64,000 nt of DNA, taken from contig OZ059899.1 of assembly GCA_964057225.1 (NCBI GenBank), positions 806,001 to 870,000 of the forward strand, written 5' to 3'. The position numbers were made by a program, and so were the translations under genes. The notes beneath the pieces are model-generated. The model had not been told where the DNA came from. It saw only the letters and a list, made by a program, of their open reading frames with translations, and did no database searches. This document shows positions 53,710 through 64,000 of the stretch, piece by piece (the stretch's first letter is position 1; each line of letters opens with the position of its first letter). The DNA is from Auanema rhodensis (taxonomy: Eukaryota; Animalia; Nematoda).

Positions 53710-55113
53710 TATGATCGTTTGAAAAATGATGCATTAGTGTATGTTGAGTTTCCATGTACACTCAACATTGCTTCCAAAAACATTTTGACAAAAATTTTTT
53801 CGAAAAATTTCAAGATAATTTAGCGAAAAGTAGATGTTTTTAGATTCCGTTTTTCAAGGCAAAGACGATGGACAATGTTATTCAACGAAAAAATTAATTC
53901 TTCAGGGTGAAAATCGAGGATATAAGTGTGAACATATATCAGTTGATATCTCGGTGCATTTTCAAGCTAGCGCAAATCTGATAACACAGATCGACGCAGC
54001 TCAAAAATCCGCATCGAATGCACTATACTACATTGAGAAACGCTTAATACAAAAATTAGTTATGATCGTTTGAAAAATGATGCATTAGTGTATGTTGAGT
54101 TTCCATGTACACTCAACATTGCTTCCAAAAACATTTTGACAAAAATTTTTTCGAAAAATTTCAAGATAATTTAGCGAAAAGTAGATGTTTTTAGATTCCG
54201 TTTTTCAAGGCAAAGACGATGGACAATGTTATTCAACGAAAAAATTAATTCTTCAGGGTGAAAATCGAGGATATAAGTGTGAACTTATATCAGTTGATAT
54301 CTCGGTGCATTTTCAAGCTAGCGCAAATCTGATAACACAGATCGACGCAGCTTAAAAATCCGCATCGAATGCACTATACTACATTGAGAAACGCTTAATA
54401 CAAAAATTAGTTATGATCGTTTGAAAAATGATGCATTAGTGTATGTTGAGTTTCCATGTACACTCAACATTGCTTCCAAAAACATTTTGACAAAAATTTT
54501 TTCGAAAAATTTCAAAATAATTTAGCGAAAAGTAGATGTTTTTAGATTCCGTTTTTCAAGGCAAAGACGATGGACAATGTTATTCAACGAAAAAATTAAT
54601 TCTTCAGGGTGAAAATCGAGGATATAAGTGTGAACTTATATCAGTTGATATCTCGGTGCATTTTCAAGCTAGCGCAAATCTGATAACACAGATCGACGCA
54701 GCTCAAAAATCCGCATCGAATGCACTATACTACATTGAGAAACGCTTAATACAAAAATTAGTTATGATCGTTTGAAAAATGATGCATTAGTGTATGTTGA
54801 GTTTCCATGTACACTCAACATTGCTTCCAAAAACATTTTGACAAAAATTTTTTCGAAAAATTTCAAGATAATTTAGCGAAAAGTAGATGTTTTTAGATTC
54901 CGTTTTTCAAGGCAAAGACGATGGACAATGTTATTCAACGAAAAAATTAATTCTTCAGGGTGAAAATCGAGGATATAAGTGTGAACTTATATCAGTTGAT
55001 ATCTCGGTGCATTTTCAAGCTAGCGCAAATCTGATAACACAGATCGACGCAGCTTAAAAATCCGCATCGAATGCACTATACTACATTGAGAAACGCTTAA
55101 TACAAAAATTAGT

Positions 55114-57919
55114 TATGATCGTTTGAAAAATGATGCATTAGTGTATGTTGAGTTTCCATGTACACTCAACATTGCTTCCAAAAACATTTTGACAAAAATT
55201 TTTTCGAAAAATTTCAAAATAATTTAGCGAAAAGTAGATGTTTTTAGATTCCGTTTTTCAAGGCAAAGACGATGGACAATGTTATTCAACGAAAAAATTA
55301 ATTCTTCAGGGTGAAAATCGAGGATATAAGTGTGAACTTATATCAGTTGATATCTCGGTGCATTTTCAAGCTAGCGCAAATCTGATAACACAGATCGACG
55401 CAGCTTAAAAATCCGCATCGAATGCACTATACTACATTGAGAAACGCTTAATACAAAAATTAGTTATGATCGTTTGAAAAATGATGCATTAGTGTATGTT
55501 GAGTTTCCATGTACACTCAACATTGCTTCCAAAAACATTTTGACAAAAATTTTTTCGAAAAATTTCAAAATAATTTAGCGAAAAGTAGATGTTTTTAGAT
55601 TCCGTTTTTCAAGGCAAAGACGATGGACAATGTTATTCAACGAAAAAATTAATTCTTCAGGGTGAAAATCGAGGATATAAGTGGGAACTTATATCAGTTG
55701 ATATCTCGGTGCTTTTTTAAGCTAGCGCAAAACTGATAACACAGATCGACGCAGCTTAAAAATCCGCATCGAATGCACTATACTACATTGAGAAACGCTT
55801 AATACAAAAATTAGTTATGATCGTTTGAAAAATGATGCATTAGTGTATGTTGAGTTTCCATGTACACTCAACATTGCTTCCAAAAACATTTTGACAAAAA
55901 TTTTTTCGAAAAATTTCAAAATAATTTAGCAAAAAGTAGATGTTTTTAGATTCCTTTTTTCAAGGCAAAGACGATGGACAATGTTATTCAACGAAAAAAT
56001 TAATTCTTCAGGGTGAAAATCGAGGATTTATGTGTGAACTCATATCAGTTGATATCTCGGTGCATTTTTAAGCTAGCGCAAATCTGATAACACAGATCGA
56101 CGCAGCTCAAAAATCCGCATCGAATGCACTATACTACATTGAGAAACGCTTAATACAAAAATTAGTTATGATCGTTTGAAAAATGATGCATTAGTGTATG
56201 TTGAGTTTCCATGTACACTCAACATTGCTTCCAAAAACATTTTGACAAAAATTTTTTCGAAAAATTTCAAAATAATTTAGCAAAAAGTAGATGTTTTTAG
56301 ATTCCGTTTTTCAAAGCAAAGACGATGGACAATGTTATTCAACGAAAAAAATAATTCTTCAGGGTGAAAATCGAGGATATAAGTGGGAACTTATATCAGT
56401 TGATATCTCGGTGCTTTTTTAAGCTAGCGCAAAACTGATAACACAGATCGACGCAGCTTAAAAATCCGCATCGAATGCACTATACTACATTGAGAAACGC
56501 TTAATACAAAAATTAGTTATGATCGTTTGAAAAATGATGCATTAGTGTATGTTGAGTTTCCATGTACACTCAACATTGCTTCCAAAAACATTTTGACAAA
56601 AATTTTTTCGAAAAATTTCAAAATAATTTAGCGAAGTAGATGTTTTTAGATTCCGTTTTTCAAGGCAAAGACGATGGACAATGTTATTCAACGAAAAAAT
56701 TAATTCTTCAGGGTGAAAATCGAGGATATAAGTGTGAACTTATATCAGTTGATATCTCGGTGCATTTTCAAGCTAGCGCAAATCTGATAACACAGATCGA
56801 CGCAGCTTAAAAATCCGCATCGAATGCACTATACTACATTGAGAAACGCTTAATACAAAAATTAGTTATGATCGTTTGAAAAATGATGCATTAGTGTATG
56901 TTGAGTTTCCATGTACACTCAACATTGCTTCCAAAAACATTTTGACAAAAATTTTTTCGAAAAATTTCAAAATAATTTAGCGAAAAGTAGATGTTTTTAG
57001 ATTCCGTTTTTCAAGGCAAAGACGATGGACAATGTTATTCAACGAAAAAATTAATTCTTCAGGGTGAAAATCGAGGATATAAGTGGGAACTTATATCAGT
57101 TGATATCTCGGTGCTTTTTTAAGCTAGCGCAAAACTGATAACACAGATCGACGCAGCTTAAAAATCCGCATCGAATGCACTATACTACATTGAGAAACGC
57201 TTAATACAAAAATTAGTTATGATCGTTTGAAAAATGATGCATTAGTGTATGTTGAGTTTCCATGTACACTCAACATTGCTTCCAAAAACATTTTGACAAA
57301 AATTTTTTCGAAAAATTTCAAAATAATTTAGCAAAAAGTAGATGTTTTTAGATTCCTTTTTTCAAGGCAAAGACGATGGACAATGTTATTCAACGAAAAA
57401 ATTAATTCTTCAGGGTGAAAATCGAGGATTTATGTGTGAACTCATATCAGTTGATATCTCGGTGCATTTTTAAGCTAGCGCAAATCTGATAACACAGATC
57501 GACGCAGCTCAAAAATCCGCATCGAATGCACTATACTACATTGAGAAACGCTTAATACAAAAATTAGTTATGATCGTTTGAAAAATGATGCATTAGTGTA
57601 TGTTGAGTTTCCATGTACACTCAACATTGCTTCCAAAAACATTTTGACAAAAATTTTTTCGAAAAATTTCAAAATAATTTAGCAAAAAGTAGATGTTTTT
57701 AGATTCCGTTTTTCAAAGCAAAGACGATGGACAATGTTATTCAACGAAAAAAATAATTCTTCAGGGTGAAAATCGAGGATATAAGTGGGAACTTATATCA
57801 GTTGATATCTCGGTGCTTTTTTAAGCTAGCGCAAAACTGATAACACAGATCGACGCAGCTTAAAAATCCGCATCGAATGCACTATACTACATTGAGAAAC
57901 GCTTAATACAAAAATTAGT
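55114..57919 (+). repeat. 4-monomer HOR x2 (1402 bp, includes a 2-bp deletion near 56634)
   Basis: The rare variant tcaaagc lies at 56315 and 57717. The gcgaagtag deletion appears in one copy only. Confidence 0.85.
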
Positions 57920-58972
57920 TATGATCGTTTGAAAAATGATGCATTAGTGTATGTTGAGTTTCCATGTACACTCAACATTGCTTCCAAAAACATTTTGACA
58001 AAAATTTTTTCGAAAAATTTCAAAATAATTTAGCAAAAAGTAGATGTTTTTAGATTCCTTTTTTCAAGGCAAAGACGATGGACAATGTTATTCAACGAAA
58101 AAATTAATTCTTCAGGGTGAAAATCGAGGATATAAGTGTGAACTTATATCAGTTGATATCTCGGTGCTTTTTTAAGCTAGCGCAAATCTGATAACACAGA
58201 TCGACGCAGCTTAAAAATCCGCATCGAATGCACTATACTACATTGAGAAACGCTTAATACAAAAATTAGTTATGATCGTTTGAAAAATGATGCATTAGTG
58301 TATGTTGAGTTTCCATGTACACTCAACATTGCTTCCAAAAACATTTTGACAAAAATTTTTTCGAAAAATTTCAAAATAATTTAGCAAAAAGTAGATGTTT
58401 TTAGATTCCGTTTTTCAAGGCAAAGACGATGGACAATGTTATTCAACGAAAAAAATAATTCTTCAGGGTGAAAATCGAGGATATAAGTGTGAACTTATAT
58501 CAGTTGATATCTCGGTGCATTTTTAAGCTAGCGCAAATCTGATAACACAGATCGACGTAGCTTAAAAATCCGCATCGAATGCACTATACTACATTGAGAA
58601 ACGCTTAATACAAAAATTAGTTATGATCGTTTGAAAAATGATGCATTAGTGTATGTTGAGTTTCCATGTACACTCAACATTGCTTCCAAAAACATTTTGA
58701 CAAAAATTTTTTCGAAAAATTTCAAAATAATTTAGCAAAAAGTAGATGTTTTTAGATTCCTTTTTTCAAGGCAAAGACGATGGACAATGTTATTCAACGA
58801 AAAAATTAATTCTTCAGGGTGAAAATCGAGGATATAAGTGTGAACTTATATCAGTTGATATCTCGGTGCTTTTTTAAGCTAGCGCAAATCTGATAACACT
58901 GATCGACGCAGCTTAAAAATCCGCATCGAATGCACTATACTACATTGAGAAACGCTTAATACAAAAATTAGT

Positions 58973-61900
58973 TATGATCGTTTGAAAAATGATGCATTAG
59001 TGTATGTTGAGTTTCCATGTACACTCAACATTGCTTCCAAAAACATTTTGACAAAAATTTTTTCGAAAAATTTCAAAATAATTTAGCAAAAAGTAGATGT
59101 TTTTAGATTCCGTTTTTCAAGGCAAAGACGATGGACAATGTTATTCAACAAAAAAATTAATTCTTCAGGGTGAAAATCGAGGATATAAGTGTGAACTTAT
59201 ATCAGTTGATATCTCGGTGCATTTTCAAGCTAGCGCAAATCTGATAACACAGATCGACGCAGCTCAAAAATCCGCATCGAATGCACTATACTACATTGAG
59301 AAACGCTTAATACAAAAATTAGTTATGATCGTTTGAAAAATGATGCATTAGTGTATGTTGAGTTTCCATGTACACTCAACATTGCTTCCAAAAACATTTT
59401 GACAAAAATTTTTTCGAAAAATTTCAAGATAATTTAGCGAAAAGTAGATGTTTTTAGATTCCGTTTTTCAAGGCAAAGACGATGGACAATGTTATTCAAC
59501 GAAAAAATTAATTCTTCAGGGTGAAAATCGAAGATATAAGTGTGAACTTATATCAGTTGATATCTCGGTGCATTTTCAAGCTAGCGCAAATCTGATAACA
59601 CAGATCGACGCAGCTCAAAAATCCGCATCGAATGCACTATACTACATTAAGAAACGCTTAATACAAAAATTAGTTATGATCGTTTGAAAAATGATGCATT
59701 AGTGTATGTTGAGTTTCCATGTACACTCAACATTGCTTCCAAAAACATTTTGACAAAGATTTTTTCGAAAAATTTCAAAATAATTTAGCGAAAAGTAGAT
59801 GTTTTTAGATTCCGTTTTTCAAGGCAAAGACGATGGACAATGTTATTCAACGAAAAAAATAATTCTTCAGGGTGAAAATCGAGGATATAAGTGTGAACTT
59901 ATATCAGTTGATATCTCGGTGCATTTTTAAGCTAGCGCAAATCTGATAACACAGATCGACGCAGCTCAAAAATCCGCATCGAATGCACTATACTACATTA
60001 AGAAACGCTTAATACAAAAATTAGTTATGATCGTTTGAAAAATGATGCATTAGTGTATGTTGAGTTTCCATGTACACACAACATTGCTTCCAAAAACATT
60101 TTGACAAAAATTTTTTCGAAAAATTTCAAAATAATTTAGCGAAAAGTAGATGTTTTTAGATTCCGTTTTTCAAGGCAAAGACGATGGACAATGTTATTCA
60201 TCGAAAAAATTAATTCTTCAGGGTGAAAATCGAGCATATAAGTGTGAACTTATATCAGTTGATATCTCGGTGCATTTTCAAGCTAGCGCAAATCTGATAA
60301 CACAGATCGACGCAGCTCAAAAATCCGCATCGAATGCACTATACTACATTGAGAAACGCTTAATACAAAAATTAGTTATGATCGTTTGAAAAATGATGCA
60401 TTAGTGTATGTTGAGTTTCCATGTACACTCAACATTGCTTCCAAAAACATTTTGACACAAATTTTTTCGAAAAATTTCAAAATAATTTAGCAAAAAGTAG
60501 ATGTTTTTAGATTCCGTTTTTCAAGGCAAAGACGATGGACATTGTTATTCAACGAAAAAAATAATTCTTCAGGGTGAAAATCGAGGATATAAGTGTGAAC
60601 TTATATCAGTTGATATCTCGGTGCTTTTTTAAGCTAGCGCAAATCTGATAACACAGATCGACGCAGCTCAAAAATCCGCATCGAATGCACTATACTACAT
60701 TGAGAAACGCTTAATACAAAAATTAGTTATGATCGTTTGAAAAATGATGCATTAGTGTATGTTGAGTTTCCATGTACACTCAACATTGCTTCCAAAAACA
60801 TTTTGACAAAATTTTTTCGAAAAATTTCAAGATAATTTAGCGAAAAGTAGATGTTTTTAGATTCCGTTTTTCTAGGCAAAGACGATGGACAATGTTATTC
60901 AACGAAAAAAATGATTCTTCAGGGTGAAAATCGAGGATATAAGTGTGAACTTATATCAGTTGATATCTCGGTGCTTTTTTAAGCTAGCGCAAATCTGATA
61001 ACACAGATCGACGCAGCTCAAAAATCCGCATCGAATGCACTATACTACATTGAGAAACGCTTAATACAAAAATTAGTTATGATTGTTTGAAAAATGATGC
61101 ATTAGTGTATGTTGAGTTTCCATGTACACTCAACATTGCTTCCAAAAACATTTTGACAAAAATTTTTTCGAAAAATTTCAAGATAATTTAGCGAAAAGTA
61201 GATGTTTTTAAATTCCGTTTTTCAAGGCAAAGACGATGGACAATGTTATTCAACGAAAAAATTAATTCTTCAGGGTGAAAATCGAGGATATAAGTGTGAA
61301 CTTATATCAGTTGATATCTCGGTGCATTTTCAAGCTAGCGCAAATCTGATAACACAGATCGACGCAGCTCAAAAATCCGCATCGAATGCACTATACTACA
61401 TTGAGAAACGCTTAATACAAAAATTAGTTATGATCGTTTGAAAAATGATGCATTAGTGTATGTTGAGTTTCCATGTACACTCAACATTGCTTCCAAAAAC
61501 ATTTTGACAAAAATTTTTTCGAAAAATTTCAAGATAATTTAGCGAAAAGTAGATGTTTTTAGATTCCGTTTTTCAAGGCAAAGACGATGGACAATGTTAT
61601 TCAACGAAAAAATTAATTCTTCAGGGTGAAAATCGAGGATATAAGTGTGAACTTATATCAGTTGATATCTCGGTGCATTTTCAAGCTAGCGCAAATCTGA
61701 TAACACAGATCGACGCAGCTCAAAAATCCGCATCGAATGCACTATACTACATTAAGAAACGCTTAATACAAAAATTAGTTATGATCGTTTGAAAAATTAT
61801 GCATTAGTGTATGTTGAGTTTCCATGTACACTCAACATTGCTTCCAAAAACATTTTGACAAAAATTTTTTCGAAAAATTTCAAAATAATTTAGCGAAAAG

Positions 61901-63104
61901 TAGATGTTTTTAGATTCCGTTTTTCAAGGCAAAGACGATGGACAATGTTATTCAACGAAAAAAATAATTCTTCAGGGTGAAAATCGAGGATATAAGTGTG
62001 AACTTATATCAGTTGATATCTCGGTGCATTTTTAAGCTAGCGCAAATCTGATAACACAGATCGACGTAGCTTAAAAATCCGCATCGAATGCACTATACTA
62101 CATTAAGAAACGCTTAATACAAAAATTAGTTATGATCGTTTGAAAAATGATGCATTAGTGTATGTTGAGTTTCCATGTACACTCAACATTGCTTCCAAAA
62201 ACATTTAGACAAAAATTTTTTTCGAAAAATTTCAAAATAATTTAGCGAAAAGTAGATGTTTTTAGATTCCGTTTTTCAAGGCAAAGACGATGGACAATGT
62301 TATTCATCGAAAAAATTAATTCTTCAGGGTGAAAATCGAGGATATAAGTGTGAACTTATATCAGTTGATATCTCGGTGCATTTTCAAGCTAGCGCAAATC
62401 TGATAACACAGATCGACGCAGCTCAAAAATCCGCATCGAATGCACTATACTACATTAAGAAACGCTTAATACAAAAATTAGTTATGATCGTTTGAAAAAT
62501 GATGCATTAGTGTATGTTGAGTTTCCATGTACACTCAACATTGCTTCCAAAAACATTTTGACAAAAATTTTCTCGAAAAATTTCAAAATAATTTAGCGAA
62601 AAGTAGATGTTTTTAGATTCCGTTTTTCAAGGCAAAGACGATGGACAATGTTATTCATCGAAAAAATTAATTCTTCAGGGTGAAAATCGAGGATATAAGT
62701 GTGAACTTATATCAGTTGATATCTCGGTGCATTTTCAAGCTAGCGCAAATCTGATAACACAGATCGACGCAGCTCAAAAATCCGCATCGAATGCACTATA
62801 CTACATTGAGAAACGCTTAATACAAAAATTAGTTATGATCGTTTGAAAAATGATGCATTAGTGTATGTTGAGTTTCCATGTACACTCAACATTGCTTCCA
62901 AAAACATTTTGACAAAAATTTTTTCGAAAAATTTCAAAATAATTTAGCAAAAAGTAGATGTTTTTAGATTCCGTTTTTCAAGGCAAAGACGATGGACAAT
63001 GTTATTCAACGAAAAAAATAATTCTTCAGGGTGAAAATCGAGGATATAAGTGTGAACTTATATCAGTTGATATCTCGGTGCTTTTTTAAGCTAGCGCAAA
63101 TCTG
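58973..63104 (+). repeat. Return to subfamily A monomers, enriched in private mutations
   Basis: cgaagat (59448 unit), tcatcg, cattaag, gacgtagctta and the T7 run reappear, together with about 12 singleton changes. Confidence 0.8.
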
Positions 63105-63518
63105 CTAATGCATCATTTTTCAAACAATCATAACTAATTTTTGTATTAAGCGTTTCTCAATGTAGTATAGTGCATTCGATGCGGATTTTTGAGCTGCGTC
63201 GATCTGTGTTATCAGATTTGCGCTAGCTTAAAAAAGCACCGAGATATCAACTGATATAAGTTCACACTTATATCCTCGATTTTCACCCTGAAGAATTATT
63301 TTTTTCGTTGAATAACATTGTCCATCGTCTTTGCCTTGAAAAACGGAATCTAAAAACATCTACTTTTTGCTAAATTATTTTGAAATTTTTCGAAAAAATT
63401 TTTGTCAAAATGTTTTTGGAAGCAATGTTGAGTGTACATGGAAACTCAACATACACTAATGCATCATTTTTCAAACGATCATAACTAATTTTTGTATTAA
63501 GCGTTTCTCAATGTAGTA
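62799..63518. repeat. Long inverted repeat at the orientation switch: 306-bp arms (62799-63104 and 63213-63518) with a 108-bp spacer
   Basis: The right arm carries the same SNP haplotype as the last forward monomer (tcaaaat, gcaaaaag, aaaaaaata, gcttttttaag, gatcg, ttgag). Confidence 0.9.
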
Positions 63519-64000
63519 ATCTAAAAACATCTACTTTTCGCTAAATTATTTTGAAATTTTTCGAAAAAATTTTTGTCAAAATGTTTTTGGAAGCAATGTT
63601 GAGTGTACATGGAAACTCAACATACACTAATGCATCATTTTTCAAACGATCATAACTAATTTTTGTATTAAGCGTTTCTCAATGTAGTATAGTGCATTCG
63701 ATGCGGATTTTTAAGCTGCGTCGATCTGTGTTATCAGTTTTGCGCTAGCTTAAAAAAGCACCGAGATATCAACTGATATAAGTTCCCACTTATATCCTCG
63801 ATTTTCACCCTGAAGAATTAATTTTTTCGTTGAATAACATTGTCCATCGTCTTTGCCTTGAAAAACGGAATCTAAAAACATCTACTTTTCGCTAAATTAT
63901 TTTGAAATTTTTCGAAAAAATTTTTGTCAAAATGTTTTTGGAAGCAATGTTGAGTGTACATGGAAACTCAACATACACTAATGCATCATTTTTCAAACGA
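63105..64000 (-). repeat. Same 351-bp satellite in inverted orientation (runs off the window end)
   Basis: From 63105 the sequence ctaatgcatcatttttcaaacaatcataact... is the reverse complement of monomer agttatgattgtttgaaaaatgatgcattag. The landmark ctaatgcatc lies at 63105, 63456, 63627 and 63978. Confidence 0.99.
63456..63626 (-). repeat. Truncated 171-bp monomer (180 bp missing, monomer positions ~137-316)
   Basis: Landmark spacing is 171 bp instead of 351. The junction reads atgtagt-a-atctaaaaac at 63518, with one shared A. Confidence 0.95.

Larger units (their letters stand above)
37564..58972 (+). repeat. Satellite subfamily B domain (~61 monomers)
   Basis: Diagnostic variants essentially absent from domain A: gacgatcgac, atatgtgtg, actcatatc, ctcaacaat, aaaactg, gtgggaac, acaaggtt, tccacat, ggattta. 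Only 6 intact 79-aa frames. Boundaries are approximate to one or a few monomers. Confidence 0.85.
1..63104 (+). repeat. 351-bp tandem satellite DNA array, ~180 head-to-tail monomers (forward orientation)
   Basis: The sequence at 1 (tatgatcgtttgaaaaatg...) recurs at 352, 703 and so on. The landmark ATG recurs from 125 to 62958, which is 179x351+4 and is fully accounted for by 1-2 bp indels. Monomers differ by only a few SNPs. The monomer is ~32.5% GC with many A/T tracts. Confidence 0.99.

Noticed and set aside
125-62846. Repeated 79-aa ORF (MFLDSVFQGKDDGQCYS...) as a tandem multigene family
   Set aside because: Intact in only 76 of ~180 monomers. Two CAA>TAA stop alleles are amplified freely (only 6 of ~61 frames are intact in domain B). 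Many variants are nonsynonymous or nonsense, the most conserved part of the monomer lies outside the ORF, and I recognise no domain. Ribo-seq or proteomics evidence would be needed to reconsider.
1-63104. CRISPR array (palindromic repeats at regular spacing)
   Set aside because: There are no unique spacers, the whole 351-bp unit is repeated, and there are no cas genes.
62799-63518. Transposon terminal inverted repeats / MITE
   Set aside because: Arms and spacer are all satellite sequence, with no target-site duplication or foreign sequence.
1-64000. Assignment to a named satellite family (for example Drosophila 1.688/359-bp or ~350-bp beetle satellites)
   Set aside because: Only length and AT content are similar. 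I do not recognise sequence identity and cannot run a search.

Overview
The window is entirely one AT-rich (~32.5% GC by hand count) tandem satellite with a 351-bp monomer, typical of eukaryotic pericentromeric/heterochromatic DNA. About 180 head-to-tail copies, differing by only a few SNPs each, run on the + strand from 1 to 63104. The array then switches orientation (63105-64000). I find no credible genes, RNA genes, CRISPR array or transposon. The repeated 79-aa ORF is best explained as a chance frame in the monomer: it is intact in only 76 of ~180 copies and is broken by shared stop alleles. The structure is in the SNP haplotypes and the junction. (1) Nested higher-order repeats (HORs): 4-mers, a 24/23-mer of ~8.4/8.1 kb, trimers and a 6+8=14-mer. 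(2) A 21-kb block of a distinct subfamily (B) embedded inside subfamily A. (3) A ~97-bp dyad-rich monomer block that by eye carries no substitutions for ~59 kb and mutates only near the inversion. (4) A fold-back-type inversion with 306-bp mirror arms, a 108-bp spacer and a second junction that leaves a 171-bp monomer. I cannot assign species or satellite family from the sequence alone. Haplotypes were read by eye and need alignment to confirm.
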